Source of the DNA: a bacterium
Lineage (GTDB): Bacteria; Zhuqueibacterota; Zhuqueibacteria; Residuimicrobiales; Krinioviventaceae
Reading direction: 5' to 3'
Length of the DNA stretch: 64,000 nt
Assembly: GCA_963693055.1 (NCBI GenBank)
Contig: OY843751.1
Coordinates: forward strand, 4,288,001 to 4,352,000
In this document: in pieces, positions 10,901 to 20,373 of the stretch
Numbering within the stretch: position 1 is the stretch's first letter
How the letters are laid out: every line of letters begins with the position of its first letter
The notes under the pieces: model-generated
Told to the model about the DNA's origin: nothing
Databases searched by the model: none
What the model saw: the letters and a program-made list of their open reading frames with translations, nothing else
Translations under genes and position numbers: made by a program

Positions 10901-12802
10901 ATCATCAAACACATGCTGAATATCAACAACTTTACTGCGCATACCTTTAGCAGTACGGTGCGCGGCAAGTACCTGTGCTTGCTCCATGAAATCGGCATGA
11001 CTGATGATGATATAATCCGCACCATTACTGCGGCTCAGCAATCCGGATTCTGTTGCTTCGGTGATAGACACAACCGATTTTAGACCTTCTTCTGTAGCAG
11101 CATAAAAGGTCTTGGGTGTAGCGTTATTGTCTGAGAAATAAAAACTGTATGTATCATCAATCCGTCGGGATTTAATATCAGTAATCCGTGTACCTGTATT
11201 TGTGAAAAGAAACAGATCAGAACCGGTAAAACCATCAAGCCTGAACATATCACGGGTTTGGGTGCGGTTCATAAATACAAGGGAATCGTTCGTGGCTTTT
11301 AATTTCTGTTTAAATTCAATATTGACCCAGTTTAAATAAATACGGTCCAGCAAAACACCCTCAAGATCGCCCGGTAAATTAAACGAAACCGTATTTCCTG
11401 CATCATTCCCCCCCAGATATAATTCACCCGAATTAAACACAAAAGGTTCCTGATTGTCCCAGATCACTTCGTCAATGATCTCCTGGTTGAATTTAACCAA
11501 AACATGATGATCGGGCGCTACAGATGTGTGAGTAAGTCCCTGAAATGCCGCCCGTATCCTGACTGGCCCTGCTTCCGGCATTCCCGGACCGGGAATATCT
11601 ATGTCATACTCTTGACCGTCTTCCATCAACTTCCACAACCAGTGGTCCTCATCCTGTAAGGGCATAGATACCAAGCGGTCATACAATAAATCTTTTTCAA
11701 GATGTATGGATACCAGACTGGTATTCAATGTATCCGGAGAACTGGCTCCCGATGCACCGGTTACCTGCGCAAAACGCGCTCCGTTACCGCTGCCCCAGGT
11801 CAGCCAGTATACATTGGTCTCCGAGAAAAGAGAAAAGTAGGTATCGTCACCGTGATTGTGCTCACCAATGAAAAAGATACGGTCCTCTGCATTAAATTCC
11901 CCATCCGCATCCCCTTCAACTGAAATAGGAACAACGCTACCACGATTGTACATAGTTAACGTAGAAACCGCAATGGTATTCAAATCCGCTCCGGCGTCTG
12001 CCAGTTGTTGACCGGTGACAGCATAAACTCCATCCTGTTCAACACCTAGCTTGAAACGATAAGGTGCATTGATCGCTGTGGTTTTATTGAGTGGGGAATT
12101 GTTTACAATTCTGCCCCGCCACTTGCGGCTTGTATCATAATTTGATAGGATCTGCTTGTATAAATTTTCTGATTTTTCATCGCTACCCAGGCTGGCTTGG
12201 GTCACTGCCAATTCATTCTTTTTACCACTCGAAGAAAATGTAATCTCGATGGTCATAGAACGTGTAATGTGCATCAAACCTGCATTTGCCTGGTAACGGA
12301 CAGGATGCAGTTCAACCTGCAAAATTCGTTGTTCCCTGAAAAATCCTTCAACGCCCAGCATTGCCGATATTTCGGGATAAAGTGCGGCAGGGATAACCCG
12401 TGTTTTATCAAACACACTCGTTTCCGCATCAGGCCGGATAACCAGCTCGGGATTCTGGATCTCACGTGTATCGGTTTGTTCCTGAATAATACGTAAAGTG
12501 GGAGTACCTTGTAACGGAATTCCTAATGACAATGCGGTTACCGGCAGGCGTGGAAGCCCCTCTATATCCGTATACGCGCAATCTGAAAAGGAAATCTCGC
12601 TGTACCAGGTATTTTCTACCTTTTTTTCAATTACATTAATGGAATCAAAAACAATATTGCAGCGTATCCGATTCGCTGTATTTTCAATGGTTTCCACAGT
12701 AATTGCAAACGATTGGGCCGTCCAAAAAAGCAACAGCCCAAACACAACAAATACAGTAGGTTGCAGTAACGCAAACTGTGTCGGCTTTTTTAATATTTGC
12801 AT
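7964..12802 (-). CDS. C25 (gingipain/PorU-like) cysteine peptidase with propeptide, CARDB and FlgD-type C-terminal domain
   Basis: ADYIIISH, YVLLLGD, PDLFLGRLPV, catalytic FVGHG and SLTCFIGHFD, YNLLGDPAL, CARDB ESDERNN, and C-terminal NHPNPF..WDGLDEEG..VANGVYY. Confidence 0.9.
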   Translation of the reverse strand: MQILKKPTQFALLQPTVFVVFGLLLFWTAQSFAITVETIENTANRIRCNIVFDSINVIEKKVENTWYSEISFSDCAYTDIEGLPRLPVTALSLGIPLQGTPTLRIIQEQTDTREIQNPELVIRPDAETSVFDKTRVIPAALYPEISAMLGVEGFFREQRILQVELHPVRYQANAGLMHITRSMTIEITFSSSGKKNELAVTQASLGSDEKSENLYKQILSNYDTSRKWRGRIVNNSPLNKTTAINAPYRFKLGVEQDGVYAVTGQQLADAGADLNTIAVSTLTMYNRGSVVPISVEGDADGEFNAEDRIFFIGEHNHGDDTYFSLFSETNVYWLTWGSGNGARFAQVTGASGASSPDTLNTSLVSIHLEKDLLYDRLVSMPLQDEDHWLWKLMEDGQEYDIDIPGPGMPEAGPVRIRAAFQGLTHTSVAPDHHVLVKFNQEIIDEVIWDNQEPFVFNSGELYLGGNDAGNTVSFNLPGDLEGVLLDRIYLNWVNIEFKQKLKATNDSLVFMNRTQTRDMFRLDGFTGSDLFLFTNTGTRITDIKSRRIDDTYSFYFSDNNATPKTFYAATEEGLKSVVSITEATESGLLSRSNGADYIIISHADFMEQAQVLAAHRTAKGMRSKVVDIQHVFDDFSDGLHDPRAIKKFLQYAYQNWQKPSPLYVLLLGDTTHKLDKQIARDENLPSFVPTFMEYTQTWGMSSSDNYLASIIGDDDLPDLFLGRLPVNSPEQAEIMISKTIAHEAEYTPAEWRRHLLLLTGVEPYFEASARHLYKQYVPGYMITDWVATIDTSRYFGSTEDVANYINSGQSILNFVGHGGGGVFSDAELFQIEDIERLSNHNKYPFVFSLTCFIGHFDNPDSPSLAEELLAAQDKGIVGSFGSSGRAFLQGDYYLNNAIFTALFEQNVRTYGQVSTLGKLEMIKQTQGFWDHVKSYNLLGDPALTLYIPDNTANVQLSSNTLLNNQDLVVSGSVPRYSSGNVTLTVHNDFDSLLAETTIPMQNGAFNSSVLNLNANVRKAWGENGGNGRVRVYFNNNSNEAAGFTTFSVGRPYVSALYTFPEQPLHNQSFFIVANINRADLTATLGQVDSMMVRWSNDAENWNYLGMIEQSSGYWKLDTTLTFAEGTLLYYDVHARTGLQTRQISETKEIQVAYRPDLYADSESFRVYGDQQTFVYVTIKNRGIQDCGPFSVNLYERTDTSNVAIGDTLNVAGLDGKGETEVAFVWNNPTSGRHNLVCIVDEAEAVPESDERNNRVTSVTGIVSRTSGTQGELYDDSRRYYIKIPSNGLTKTSSIKFVMNDDEAMLTSAIQAGLAPVNAPGDTVWSAMQICFADSTIQLQQAMETAVFYDSQDSLTAYYLALNALKIYFWNPATQTWKGVESTIKTQESVVVGELPQGYTIFSLMGSGDGEAPSIQVGVEGQNFADGDVVGRNPVFTISVQDSSGFDVGTVPVTLSLDNQTVEDEKVTLYQNPEQKRQVTATFIPDLTAGDHTLQVEATDLNGNINTVQIQFSVASEFGLESIANHPNPFIDETVIAFTLADIADEVKLDIYTVSGRLIRSFEFVDISGYVEHDWDGLDEEGREVANGVYYLRIRAKQGEKSIEQIEKMAKLK

Positions 12803-12824
12803 AAAATAAAAATTTTTAACGATT

Positions 12825-13103
12825 CTATTTATCTTCTGATGGATCCTGATTTTGTTGATTATTAGAAAGCAATTCTAATACCAAATCTGACAATTTGTGA
12901 GAATAATATTTCACCCGGGATAATAATTCTTTTTCTTCTTCATCCAGCTTGTCTTCGACTTCATCTGATAAAATAGCAAGATATCCCAACAATCCATGAG
13001 AAATAGAACGGATCTCATGGTTCATCTTTTTTCTGTTTTCATCTTTTGGGCCTGTTTCATCTTGTTCAACAGGTACTTTTTTCTTGTATTCTAATTCATC
13101 CAC
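12825..13103 (-). CDS. Stand-alone HisKA/DHp-like small protein
   Basis: NHEIRS..HGLLGYLAIL followed by a second helix LDEEEKELLSRV..SHKLSDLVLELL. GTG start with a GGAGGTG RBS. Confidence 0.65.
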   Translation of the reverse strand: MDELEYKKKVPVEQDETGPKDENRKKMNHEIRSISHGLLGYLAILSDEVEDKLDEEEKELLSRVKYYSHKLSDLVLELLSNNQQNQDPSEDK

Positions 13104-13157
13104 GTATCATCACCTCCGCCTCCCGGAAAGCACACCTCCCAAAGAAGCCATATACAG

Positions 13158-14405
13158 CTAAACATTTCTCTGAACAATTCTGTTCCTGAATTTATCAATT
13201 GCATATGCCGCACAGACCATAAACAAAGCATCTATGGGCAGCCTGAATCTGACTTTGGAAATAAATACTGCATGTAACAAAGTAAAAAAAACTGCATACA
13301 AAAGCCACAAATTAAACTGGGTTCGCACATCAGTGCCGGAAAAGAAATATCCCACCAATGCAAGCACAAACAAAGGCCCCACAGTGAACAAACTGGCAAG
13401 ATTTACCAGTGTATTCGAGTCTGTATCCGTCTCGGTACTGGGCGATGGCGTTAAACGCCAAAATCCTGCGGCCTTTTTAATTGTTAACAATAGAAAACGT
13501 CCCGGTTCCGTCTTGATATATTGCAACGCCCTGAGACGATAAATCCGCTCTTTGCCGGGCTCTGTTGTAATAGCATCAATTGCGGATTGCATTTCCGCCG
13601 GCATTTCAATATCGCTGCCGGTGTTCATATTTGCATGTTCGTTATTGCCCAGCCACAAATTACGATACCCATTCGTGCTAATCGAAAATGTACCAATCTG
13701 TGCCGAATTCCTTGCCATCCACGGTATTACAACCAGCATGGCCGCAAACGTTATAACGGCTATACGGCTCTTTTTTTTAGGCAAAGGACGAATAAACAGG
13801 GCCATCCAGATTATAACAGCCGCAAGTATAACTGCACCCGAAGGCCTGATCAGCGTCAATATACCGAATGAAACTCCACAAATCAGCCATACAATGAGCC
13901 GTTCATCCTTGACCGATATATGCGCAAGCAGGGTTGCTGTCAGCAGCATTGTGGTAAACAATGTTGTTGCCAGTACCACTGAAGGCATATACAAATAATA
14001 AGGATATATTGCAGACAATACCGCTGCAATCAAACCGGTTTTAACATCCACAAGCGTTTTACCCAACACAAAAACCAGCCAGATCATCAATGTGCCCAGT
14101 AAAACATTCAGCACTTTGAATCCCACAACCGATTTTATACCCGCCAATACTCCCAAAGCCATAAATGCAGGATACCCCGGCGCCCTGAATGCTGTAGTCA
14201 CACCCTGTGTGTCAACAAAACCTTTGCCCTGGGCAATGTTTTGTGCCAGATTCAGATAATCTTGTTCATCCTCCCAACCGATATGACTGCCGCTTTGCAC
14301 CGCAACACCCAGCCTCAACAAAAAGCCAACAGCCATCACAATCACCAATAAACGTCCGGGGTTATGTAAACGCTTTTTACTCACTGTATTTGAACATCCC
14401 TTCAC
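13158..14405 (-). CDS. GT39/ArnT-like membrane glycosyltransferase
   Basis: Polytopic protein with WEDEQDY, TAFRAPGYP, LIRPS, PWMARN, LWLGNN and RFRLP motifs. Confidence 0.85.
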   Translation of the reverse strand: MKGCSNTVSKKRLHNPGRLLVIVMAVGFLLRLGVAVQSGSHIGWEDEQDYLNLAQNIAQGKGFVDTQGVTTAFRAPGYPAFMALGVLAGIKSVVGFKVLNVLLGTLMIWLVFVLGKTLVDVKTGLIAAVLSAIYPYYLYMPSVVLATTLFTTMLLTATLLAHISVKDERLIVWLICGVSFGILTLIRPSGAVILAAVIIWMALFIRPLPKKKSRIAVITFAAMLVVIPWMARNSAQIGTFSISTNGYRNLWLGNNEHANMNTGSDIEMPAEMQSAIDAITTEPGKERIYRLRALQYIKTEPGRFLLLTIKKAAGFWRLTPSPSTETDTDSNTLVNLASLFTVGPLFVLALVGYFFSGTDVRTQFNLWLLYAVFFTLLHAVFISKVRFRLPIDALFMVCAAYAIDKFRNRIVQRNV

Positions 14406-15390
14406 CTACAGTTCCTGCATAAATTTGGGGTGAATCACCACCACTGAACGCCACAACCTTGGTTCGGGTTGTTGGCAGTCCGGTATTCACATCCGCCCAA
14501 CTTTCACCGCCGTTTTCACTTTTTAAAATGCCTAAATTTTCAGTCGCTGCCCAGATCGTTTCAGGATCAAGGGGGTCAACAACTGTTGAAAGCACTTTGA
14601 AATCGCTCTTGTCTTTGGGAAACTGTTCCCAAAAACCACCACTGCTGGTGGTTTTATATATATCTACGGACCCGGTACTGAGATATATCGTGGTCGTCCG
14701 GGTGGGGTCAAATGTAAAGCAATTCCCCGCCAGAATACCCGTTTCACTGTTCGGATCTCCATAAATACCACTATTTACTGCCTGCCAGGTATTCCCATTA
14801 TCCGTTGTCTTGTAATTTCCCTGGTACTGCACACCAATAAACAACTCTTTGGGATTGGCAGGATTTAAGGACACTGAAATAATATTGTCTTCATCATAGG
14901 TCAACGTCCAGCTCGCTCCCTGGTCTGCGGATTTGTACAATCCGTTCTTGGATGCGGCCCATAAAAAGCCGTTGCTTCCCAATGCCAATGCATAAACACG
15001 GGGATCAAAGCTATTGTCCCAGATCGAAACCCAACTGTTGCCGCCATTACTGCTTTTAAAAACTCCTTTGCCCCAGGTGCCCAGAAAAACCAGATTACTG
15101 TTATCCGGATGCACTACCAACGCTTTGGCATCCTGACTGGTCAATCCACTATTCTTAGCTGTCCAGCTTGAACCCCCATCGTCTGTACGAAATACACCAC
15201 CAATGGTCCCAACATATAGTATTTTAGAATCAGATTGAGATGGTGCAATACACTGTATGGTTGTACTGGTTAGGCCGCTGTTAATGGCCTTCCATTCCGG
15301 GGTTGCCTCGGGGTCTGTACCATTGTCAGCACAGCCTGCAAAGAGTATCATTACAGATAATATTAATATGTATAGTAGCTTTCTCATCAT
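14377..15390 (-). CDS. Lipoprotein with BNR/Asp-box beta-propeller
   Basis: Lipobox LFAGC and repeated S/T-x-D/N-x-G-x-S/T-W boxes. Confidence 0.85.
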   Translation of the reverse strand: MMRKLLYILILSVMILFAGCADNGTDPEATPEWKAINSGLTSTTIQCIAPSQSDSKILYVGTIGGVFRTDDGGSSWTAKNSGLTSQDAKALVVHPDNSNLVFLGTWGKGVFKSSNGGNSWVSIWDNSFDPRVYALALGSNGFLWAASKNGLYKSADQGASWTLTYDEDNIISVSLNPANPKELFIGVQYQGNYKTTDNGNTWQAVNSGIYGDPNSETGILAGNCFTFDPTRTTTIYLSTGSVDIYKTTSSGGFWEQFPKDKSDFKVLSTVVDPLDPETIWAATENLGILKSENGGESWADVNTGLPTTRTKVVAFSGGDSPQIYAGTVGEGMFKYSE

Positions 15391-15433
15391 ATCCCATTTT
15401 AGTTACAATTAACAATTCAAATATTGATCTTGC

Positions 15434-16705
15434 TCATAAACCTGCCGCTTTTTTAAACGGAATGATTCGTGCGCGCATGGTCTTGCTTTTCTTGTTCCGG
15501 TTATTGCGTTGTTTTGCAAATACATGCTCATATGCTTCAATCAAAGCCTTGTGGGTATGCGCCCAGCTCAGTTTGTTTCGCACCCGCTCGTATCCAAACT
15601 TGCCCATTTGATTTGCCTGCACAGGATTATCTAATAGATAGGCTATATGCCTTCCAAATTCTTTTATATCGTTCGGTTGCGCGTACAGTGCGGCATCATC
15701 AGCAGAATAACGGGATTCTACCAGATCAAAGCTTACAATCGGTTTTGCAAACGCCATATATTCTAAAATCTTGTTCATGGTAGAGTAATTTGACCACTCT
15801 GTTAACGGATCAGGATCTACACACACATCTGCCGATGACAGGTACCTGCACAGATCATCATCCGGCAATCTGCCGGTAAAATTAACATATGCCTGCTGCC
15901 CCATATCCTCACTCATCTTTTTAAAATCAGGTTGGGCAGGACCTCCACCAATCATAGTAAACTGTATGTCTGTACGTCCCAGTTCATCATGCATGTACTG
16001 AACGGACTTTAATAAATAATCCACACCATCCTGCGGGCACATTTCACCCAAATAACAAACCAGAAAAGGCTTTCCTTTTTTTAGTTTTTCATCCGCAGGT
16101 TGAATGCGTAATCGCGCCAAATCAGGACCGGTTCTCAATACAAAGATATCCTGTTCATTGCGCTTACCGCGCTCAATGGCTTTCTGCTTATAAGAGCGGT
16201 TGGTGGTCATAATCACATCCGCGCTTTTCAGGCTCAGTCGTTCAAGCAGCAACAATGCTTTGTATAAAAAGCCACCTTTTCGATCATACTTGGCCAGATA
16301 CATTTCCGGCGCCAAATCATGATGATCAAACACATACTTTTTACCAAAAATTTTGTAAATCAGACCCAATAAAAAGAATGTATCAGGAGGATTGCAAGCC
16401 TGGACCACATCAAATCCTTCTTTAACGAGAATCCTGACAGACAACAAAGCAGTCATGATCCATGCATACAAAAATTCAAAAATATAACCCAATAGTCCCT
16501 GGGCATCTACCGGCATAGTATAACGATATATAGAAATACCATCCAAGTGAACAAATTTTTCAGGATTTTCTTTAGACCGCGGACAGATTACAGAAACACC
16601 ATAACCATTCTCTTTGAGTTTTTGTGCTTCCAGCCACACGCGCCTGTCAAAAGGCACGGGCAGGTTTTGCACAATGATCAAAAGTTTACCGACAGAGGTC
16701 TTCAT
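15434..16705 (-). CDS. Glycosyltransferase family 4
   Basis: VQNLPVPFDRRVWLEA, ACNPPD, FDHHDL and STMNKILEYMAFAKPIV. The start was moved to MKTSVG, which overlaps the upstream gene end. Confidence 0.9.
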   Translation of the reverse strand: MKTSVGKLLIIVQNLPVPFDRRVWLEAQKLKENGYGVSVICPRSKENPEKFVHLDGISIYRYTMPVDAQGLLGYIFEFLYAWIMTALLSVRILVKEGFDVVQACNPPDTFFLLGLIYKIFGKKYVFDHHDLAPEMYLAKYDRKGGFLYKALLLLERLSLKSADVIMTTNRSYKQKAIERGKRNEQDIFVLRTGPDLARLRIQPADEKLKKGKPFLVCYLGEMCPQDGVDYLLKSVQYMHDELGRTDIQFTMIGGGPAQPDFKKMSEDMGQQAYVNFTGRLPDDDLCRYLSSADVCVDPDPLTEWSNYSTMNKILEYMAFAKPIVSFDLVESRYSADDAALYAQPNDIKEFGRHIAYLLDNPVQANQMGKFGYERVRNKLSWAHTHKALIEAYEHVFAKQRNNRNKKSKTMRARIIPFKKAAGL

Positions 16706-18002
16706 AATCCCATCCATTTTGAGTTTTGAATCTGTCTTTAGCAATTCCGGTCAAATCGACTATCTTAATCTCTTTACTGATCCGCTTTTCCAATCCTTCT
16801 GTATCCGTGCTTCCCAGCACCAGTACCTGGCACTGCTCAAGCAATTCAGTTTCTGATTTCACTAGAATAGATTTAAATAGCGGCAGCATATTGCTTAAAT
16901 ATTCTTTATTGGTTCCCATCAGGTTGGCTTTATTAACATTTTCATCATAAACCAGCACTTTGAAATGGGCATCTATCAATTTTTTAATCAAAATAACATA
17001 TGGACTTTCACGAACATCATCCGTATCGGATTTGAAACTGATCCCTCTGAATCCCACACAGGTCTTACCGGCTTGAGCAATACTGTCAAAAGCGAAATCA
17101 ATGTGACGCAAATTACTTTCTATTGTGGAATGCAGCAATGGCAAAGAGACACCATTAGACTCTCCCTTGTGGGTAATGGTCCGTAAATCCTTGGGCAAAC
17201 ATGATCCGCCAAATGCAAAACCCGGAGTCAAATATGCGGACGATAGATTAAGTTTGTTGTCATTCAGAAAAAGTTCAATCACCTTGTCTGTATCCAGTCC
17301 CAGGGATTTGCACAATCGACCAATTTCATTGGCAAAGGTCACTTTGACAGCATGAAAAGAATTGTCTACATATTTAATAAACGATGCCTCATCAATACCC
17401 GTATAAAAAATGGTATCGGTCAGGGGTTCATAAAGTTTTTCGAGCATCATTTTGCTGTGTTCATCCGTTATAGCCGCAACGGTTTTGGCAGGATGATAAA
17501 AATCATAAACGCCGCTGCCCTCACGTAAAAACTCGGGATTCACAGCAAAACCAAAATGTTCACCCGCTTTTTTCCCGGAACATGCTTCCAATGTGGGAAC
17601 AGTCAACTCTCTAACATAACCAGGCAAAATAGTGCTGCGCAATACAACGGTAACAAACTCATTCTTGTCACGCATGGCCGTTCCAATGTCCATACACACC
17701 CGTTCAACCTGTTTGTAATCAACGCCACCCCGGCCATTATCCGGTGTGCCGACACAAATCACAATCACCTCAGATTCTGCTATTGCTTCACCTGCATTCT
17801 GTGTGGCCCGCAGATTACCTTTAACAACCTGGTCTGAAATAATTCGTTCCAGCTCTTTTTCAACAATGGGTGATTGACCCTGGTTGATCATGGTCACTTT
17901 GCGAAAACTGATATCCACTCCCGTTACCTGATGCCCAACCTGCGCGAAGCAAGCCGCGGTAACACATCCGGTATATCCTAAACCAAATACACTGACTTTC
18001 AT
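16686..18002 (-). CDS. Nucleotide-sugar dehydrogenase (GDP-mannose 6-dehydrogenase/AlgD-like)
   Basis: MKVSVFGLGYTG, CVGTP, NPEFLREG, FGGSCLPKD and FKSDTDDVRESP. Confidence 0.9.
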   Translation of the reverse strand: MKVSVFGLGYTGCVTAACFAQVGHQVTGVDISFRKVTMINQGQSPIVEKELERIISDQVVKGNLRATQNAGEAIAESEVIVICVGTPDNGRGGVDYKQVERVCMDIGTAMRDKNEFVTVVLRSTILPGYVRELTVPTLEACSGKKAGEHFGFAVNPEFLREGSGVYDFYHPAKTVAAITDEHSKMMLEKLYEPLTDTIFYTGIDEASFIKYVDNSFHAVKVTFANEIGRLCKSLGLDTDKVIELFLNDNKLNLSSAYLTPGFAFGGSCLPKDLRTITHKGESNGVSLPLLHSTIESNLRHIDFAFDSIAQAGKTCVGFRGISFKSDTDDVRESPYVILIKKLIDAHFKVLVYDENVNKANLMGTNKEYLSNMLPLFKSILVKSETELLEQCQVLVLGSTDTEGLEKRISKEIKIVDLTGIAKDRFKTQNGWDYEDLCR

Positions 18003-18003
18003 C

Positions 18004-19401
18004 TTAATCCATCTCCAAAGCTTCATACGGGTTTACACAGGAAACGACAGACTTGACCTTGCCTCGTCCACCGCGGGGTATTTCATTCACATATTCAATT
18101 TCAATATTCATCGATTCACCGACGCGTTCTTCAACCTTTTGCCGCAGGTATTCATCATCTATTATTTCATATTGCTCATCCGGAATGATTCTCAGAACAA
18201 GCTCTTGCCGGTTGGGTTGATAGATTTGCGCCTGTAAAATGGAATCAATGCCTTTAAATACATGGTCCATTCTTCCTACAAGCCTTCCTTCCGGCGTTAC
18301 AATATAATCATCAATACGCCCTCCTATCGCAGACACTTGTGGATATTTTCTTCCGCACGGACAGGCTTCACTTTTATCAACTGTTACTACATCTCCGGTC
18401 CTATATCGAAACAACGGCATGGCCTTATTATTGAGACCGCTTGCAATGAGTTCGTATAAATTAGATGCCTGGTCTTTAATAGGTAACAGTTCAACAATCC
18501 CATACTCGGGAATTATATGATACCTGCCATGCTCACAGGTATGGATAGCCGCTACCCGCTCGGCGTGACCATAATAATCAAATATCTTACACTCGAATAT
18601 CTTTTCTATAGTATGCCGCTGCTCAGGTGTCAAAGTCTCAGATGAGGTTAACACCGCTTTTAACGGGAACACCATACCTAAATTCTCTAGCATCCTTGCC
18701 AACACATAAATAGATGAAGGGTATCCATCCAACGCAACCGGCTTGTATCGTTTGAGTGCATCAATATAATGACCGGTATGGTTTATAGACAAATGATACG
18801 AAGACATGATCAGCCTGTTATCGGCTTTACTCAATAACCAGCATTTTCGATTATTGGCAATTGCCGATGGTAAAATATCTCCCTTGAGAATTCCTATACG
18901 TTCCCGGGGATGTATACCGGCCCATTGGTACTGACGCATAATAACCGCATGCTCAAAACCAATATTTGAAAGGTTTCGGTACAACGTTAAGGGAGTACCA
19001 GAGGTACCGCTTGTATAACACTTGTACAATAAAAACTTTTTATAATGTCTGGACACAAACCGTGCCGGTGCTTGCTGAACATATTCCTTTTCAACAACCG
19101 GAAGCTGGTACATATCATCGGTCGTCCAAATCTCATCGATCGAGTCTTTATTTTGTTTAAAAAAATCTTTATAAAAAGGTACATACTGAAATGCACTGTG
19201 TAAATATCTTTTAAATTTTTTATTCTGGTATTCGGTCAACTCGTCCAAAGACCACCATTGCGATTTTTCCAAAAATGCTGAATATCGGCGATATGGCGCA
19301 AGTCTGCGTTTCACCCAGACATGGCGCAATGCATTGATCTGTAATCCGATATTTTGTTTTTTTCCAAACATTCCTGTCAACCTGTTACGCGTCCCATGCA
19401 T
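18004..19401 (-). CDS. Phenylacetate-CoA ligase-like / CapK-type adenylate-forming enzyme
   Basis: TSGTSGTP, DYYGHAE, MPLFRYRTGD and GRIDD motifs, in a polysaccharide gene context. Confidence 0.85.
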   Translation of the reverse strand: MHGTRNRLTGMFGKKQNIGLQINALRHVWVKRRLAPYRRYSAFLEKSQWWSLDELTEYQNKKFKRYLHSAFQYVPFYKDFFKQNKDSIDEIWTTDDMYQLPVVEKEYVQQAPARFVSRHYKKFLLYKCYTSGTSGTPLTLYRNLSNIGFEHAVIMRQYQWAGIHPRERIGILKGDILPSAIANNRKCWLLSKADNRLIMSSYHLSINHTGHYIDALKRYKPVALDGYPSSIYVLARMLENLGMVFPLKAVLTSSETLTPEQRHTIEKIFECKIFDYYGHAERVAAIHTCEHGRYHIIPEYGIVELLPIKDQASNLYELIASGLNNKAMPLFRYRTGDVVTVDKSEACPCGRKYPQVSAIGGRIDDYIVTPEGRLVGRMDHVFKGIDSILQAQIYQPNRQELVLRIIPDEQYEIIDDEYLRQKVEERVGESMNIEIEYVNEIPRGGRGKVKSVVSCVNPYEALEMD

Positions 19402-19475
19402 GCCACAATTTACATCATCCTGCTAAAACTCAATTACAATATTGAGGCACACAGTAAACACTTTTTGAAACCATA

Positions 19476-19498
19476 ACTGCCGCATTTTACGGCAGTTA
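19476..19498. repeat. 8-bp inverted repeat in divergent intergenic region
   Basis: AACTGCCG-CATTTTA-CGGCAGTT. Confidence 0.5.
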
Positions 19499-19716
19499 AA
19501 AATTTAAGCCAAATAAAAACAAATACTTATAATAAAACCATTATTTCTATTCAACATGCAATCATACTTGCTTTTTCAAAAGTTATGCCAAAAACAAAAT
19601 AGGAAATAATGCAAAATACGTCAATAACTATATTACTTTTAGCAAAAATATAAAAATTATATATCTTGACATTCTGAATTAGCATGGTTAATTTTATTCC
19701 AAAAACAACAAAAGGT

Positions 19717-20373
19717 ATGAATAGCATTCCCCAAATATCCATAATTATGCCGGTATATAACCGAAAAAGTCTGATCAACAGGGCCATTGATTCAATCATG
19801 GAACAGACCCTGACAGATTGGGAACTGCTCATTATAGATGACGGAAGTACTGATGGTTTGGAATCTCTTGTTTTTCCTCTTGTTGAAAAACACCGCAATA
19901 TTCGCTACAGCAGGCACAGCAATCGTGGTGTGGCGCTGACCCGCAATCTCGGCATATTGGCAGCACAGGGAGAGTTTATTACATTTCTGGATTCAGACGA
20001 TGAATTCAAACCCGATCACCTACAGTTGCGTTATAATTACATGAAACAACATCCCGAAACAGACCTCCTGCACGGAGGTGTGGAACTGGTTGGCCCGCCT
20101 GATACACATTATGTTCAGGACGCCTTTGATCCCAACAAAAAAATTCATCTCAGTGAATGTTATATCGGCGCGACAATTTTCGGGAAAAAAGCGGTCATGC
20201 AGCACGAAGGTGGCTTCAAAGCACTGCCCTACTCTTCCGAATCTGAATTTATACCCAGAATTATGAAACATTTTACAGTTAATAAAGTTAATTATCCTAC
20301 ATACATCTATTATACAGGACTTGAAGACAGTATCTGCACCAGGAAGCAAAAAGGAAAAAACAACAGGTCATGA
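19717..20373 (+). CDS. Glycosyltransferase family 2
   Basis: ISIIMPVYNR, IIDDGSTD, RNLGI and FLDSDD. The ORF track start is 19684. Confidence 0.9.
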   Translation: MNSIPQISIIMPVYNRKSLINRAIDSIMEQTLTDWELLIIDDGSTDGLESLVFPLVEKHRNIRYSRHSNRGVALTRNLGILAAQGEFITFLDSDDEFKPDHLQLRYNYMKQHPETDLLHGGVELVGPPDTHYVQDAFDPNKKIHLSECYIGATIFGKKAVMQHEGGFKALPYSSESEFIPRIMKHFTVNKVNYPTYIYYTGLEDSICTRKQKGKNNRS

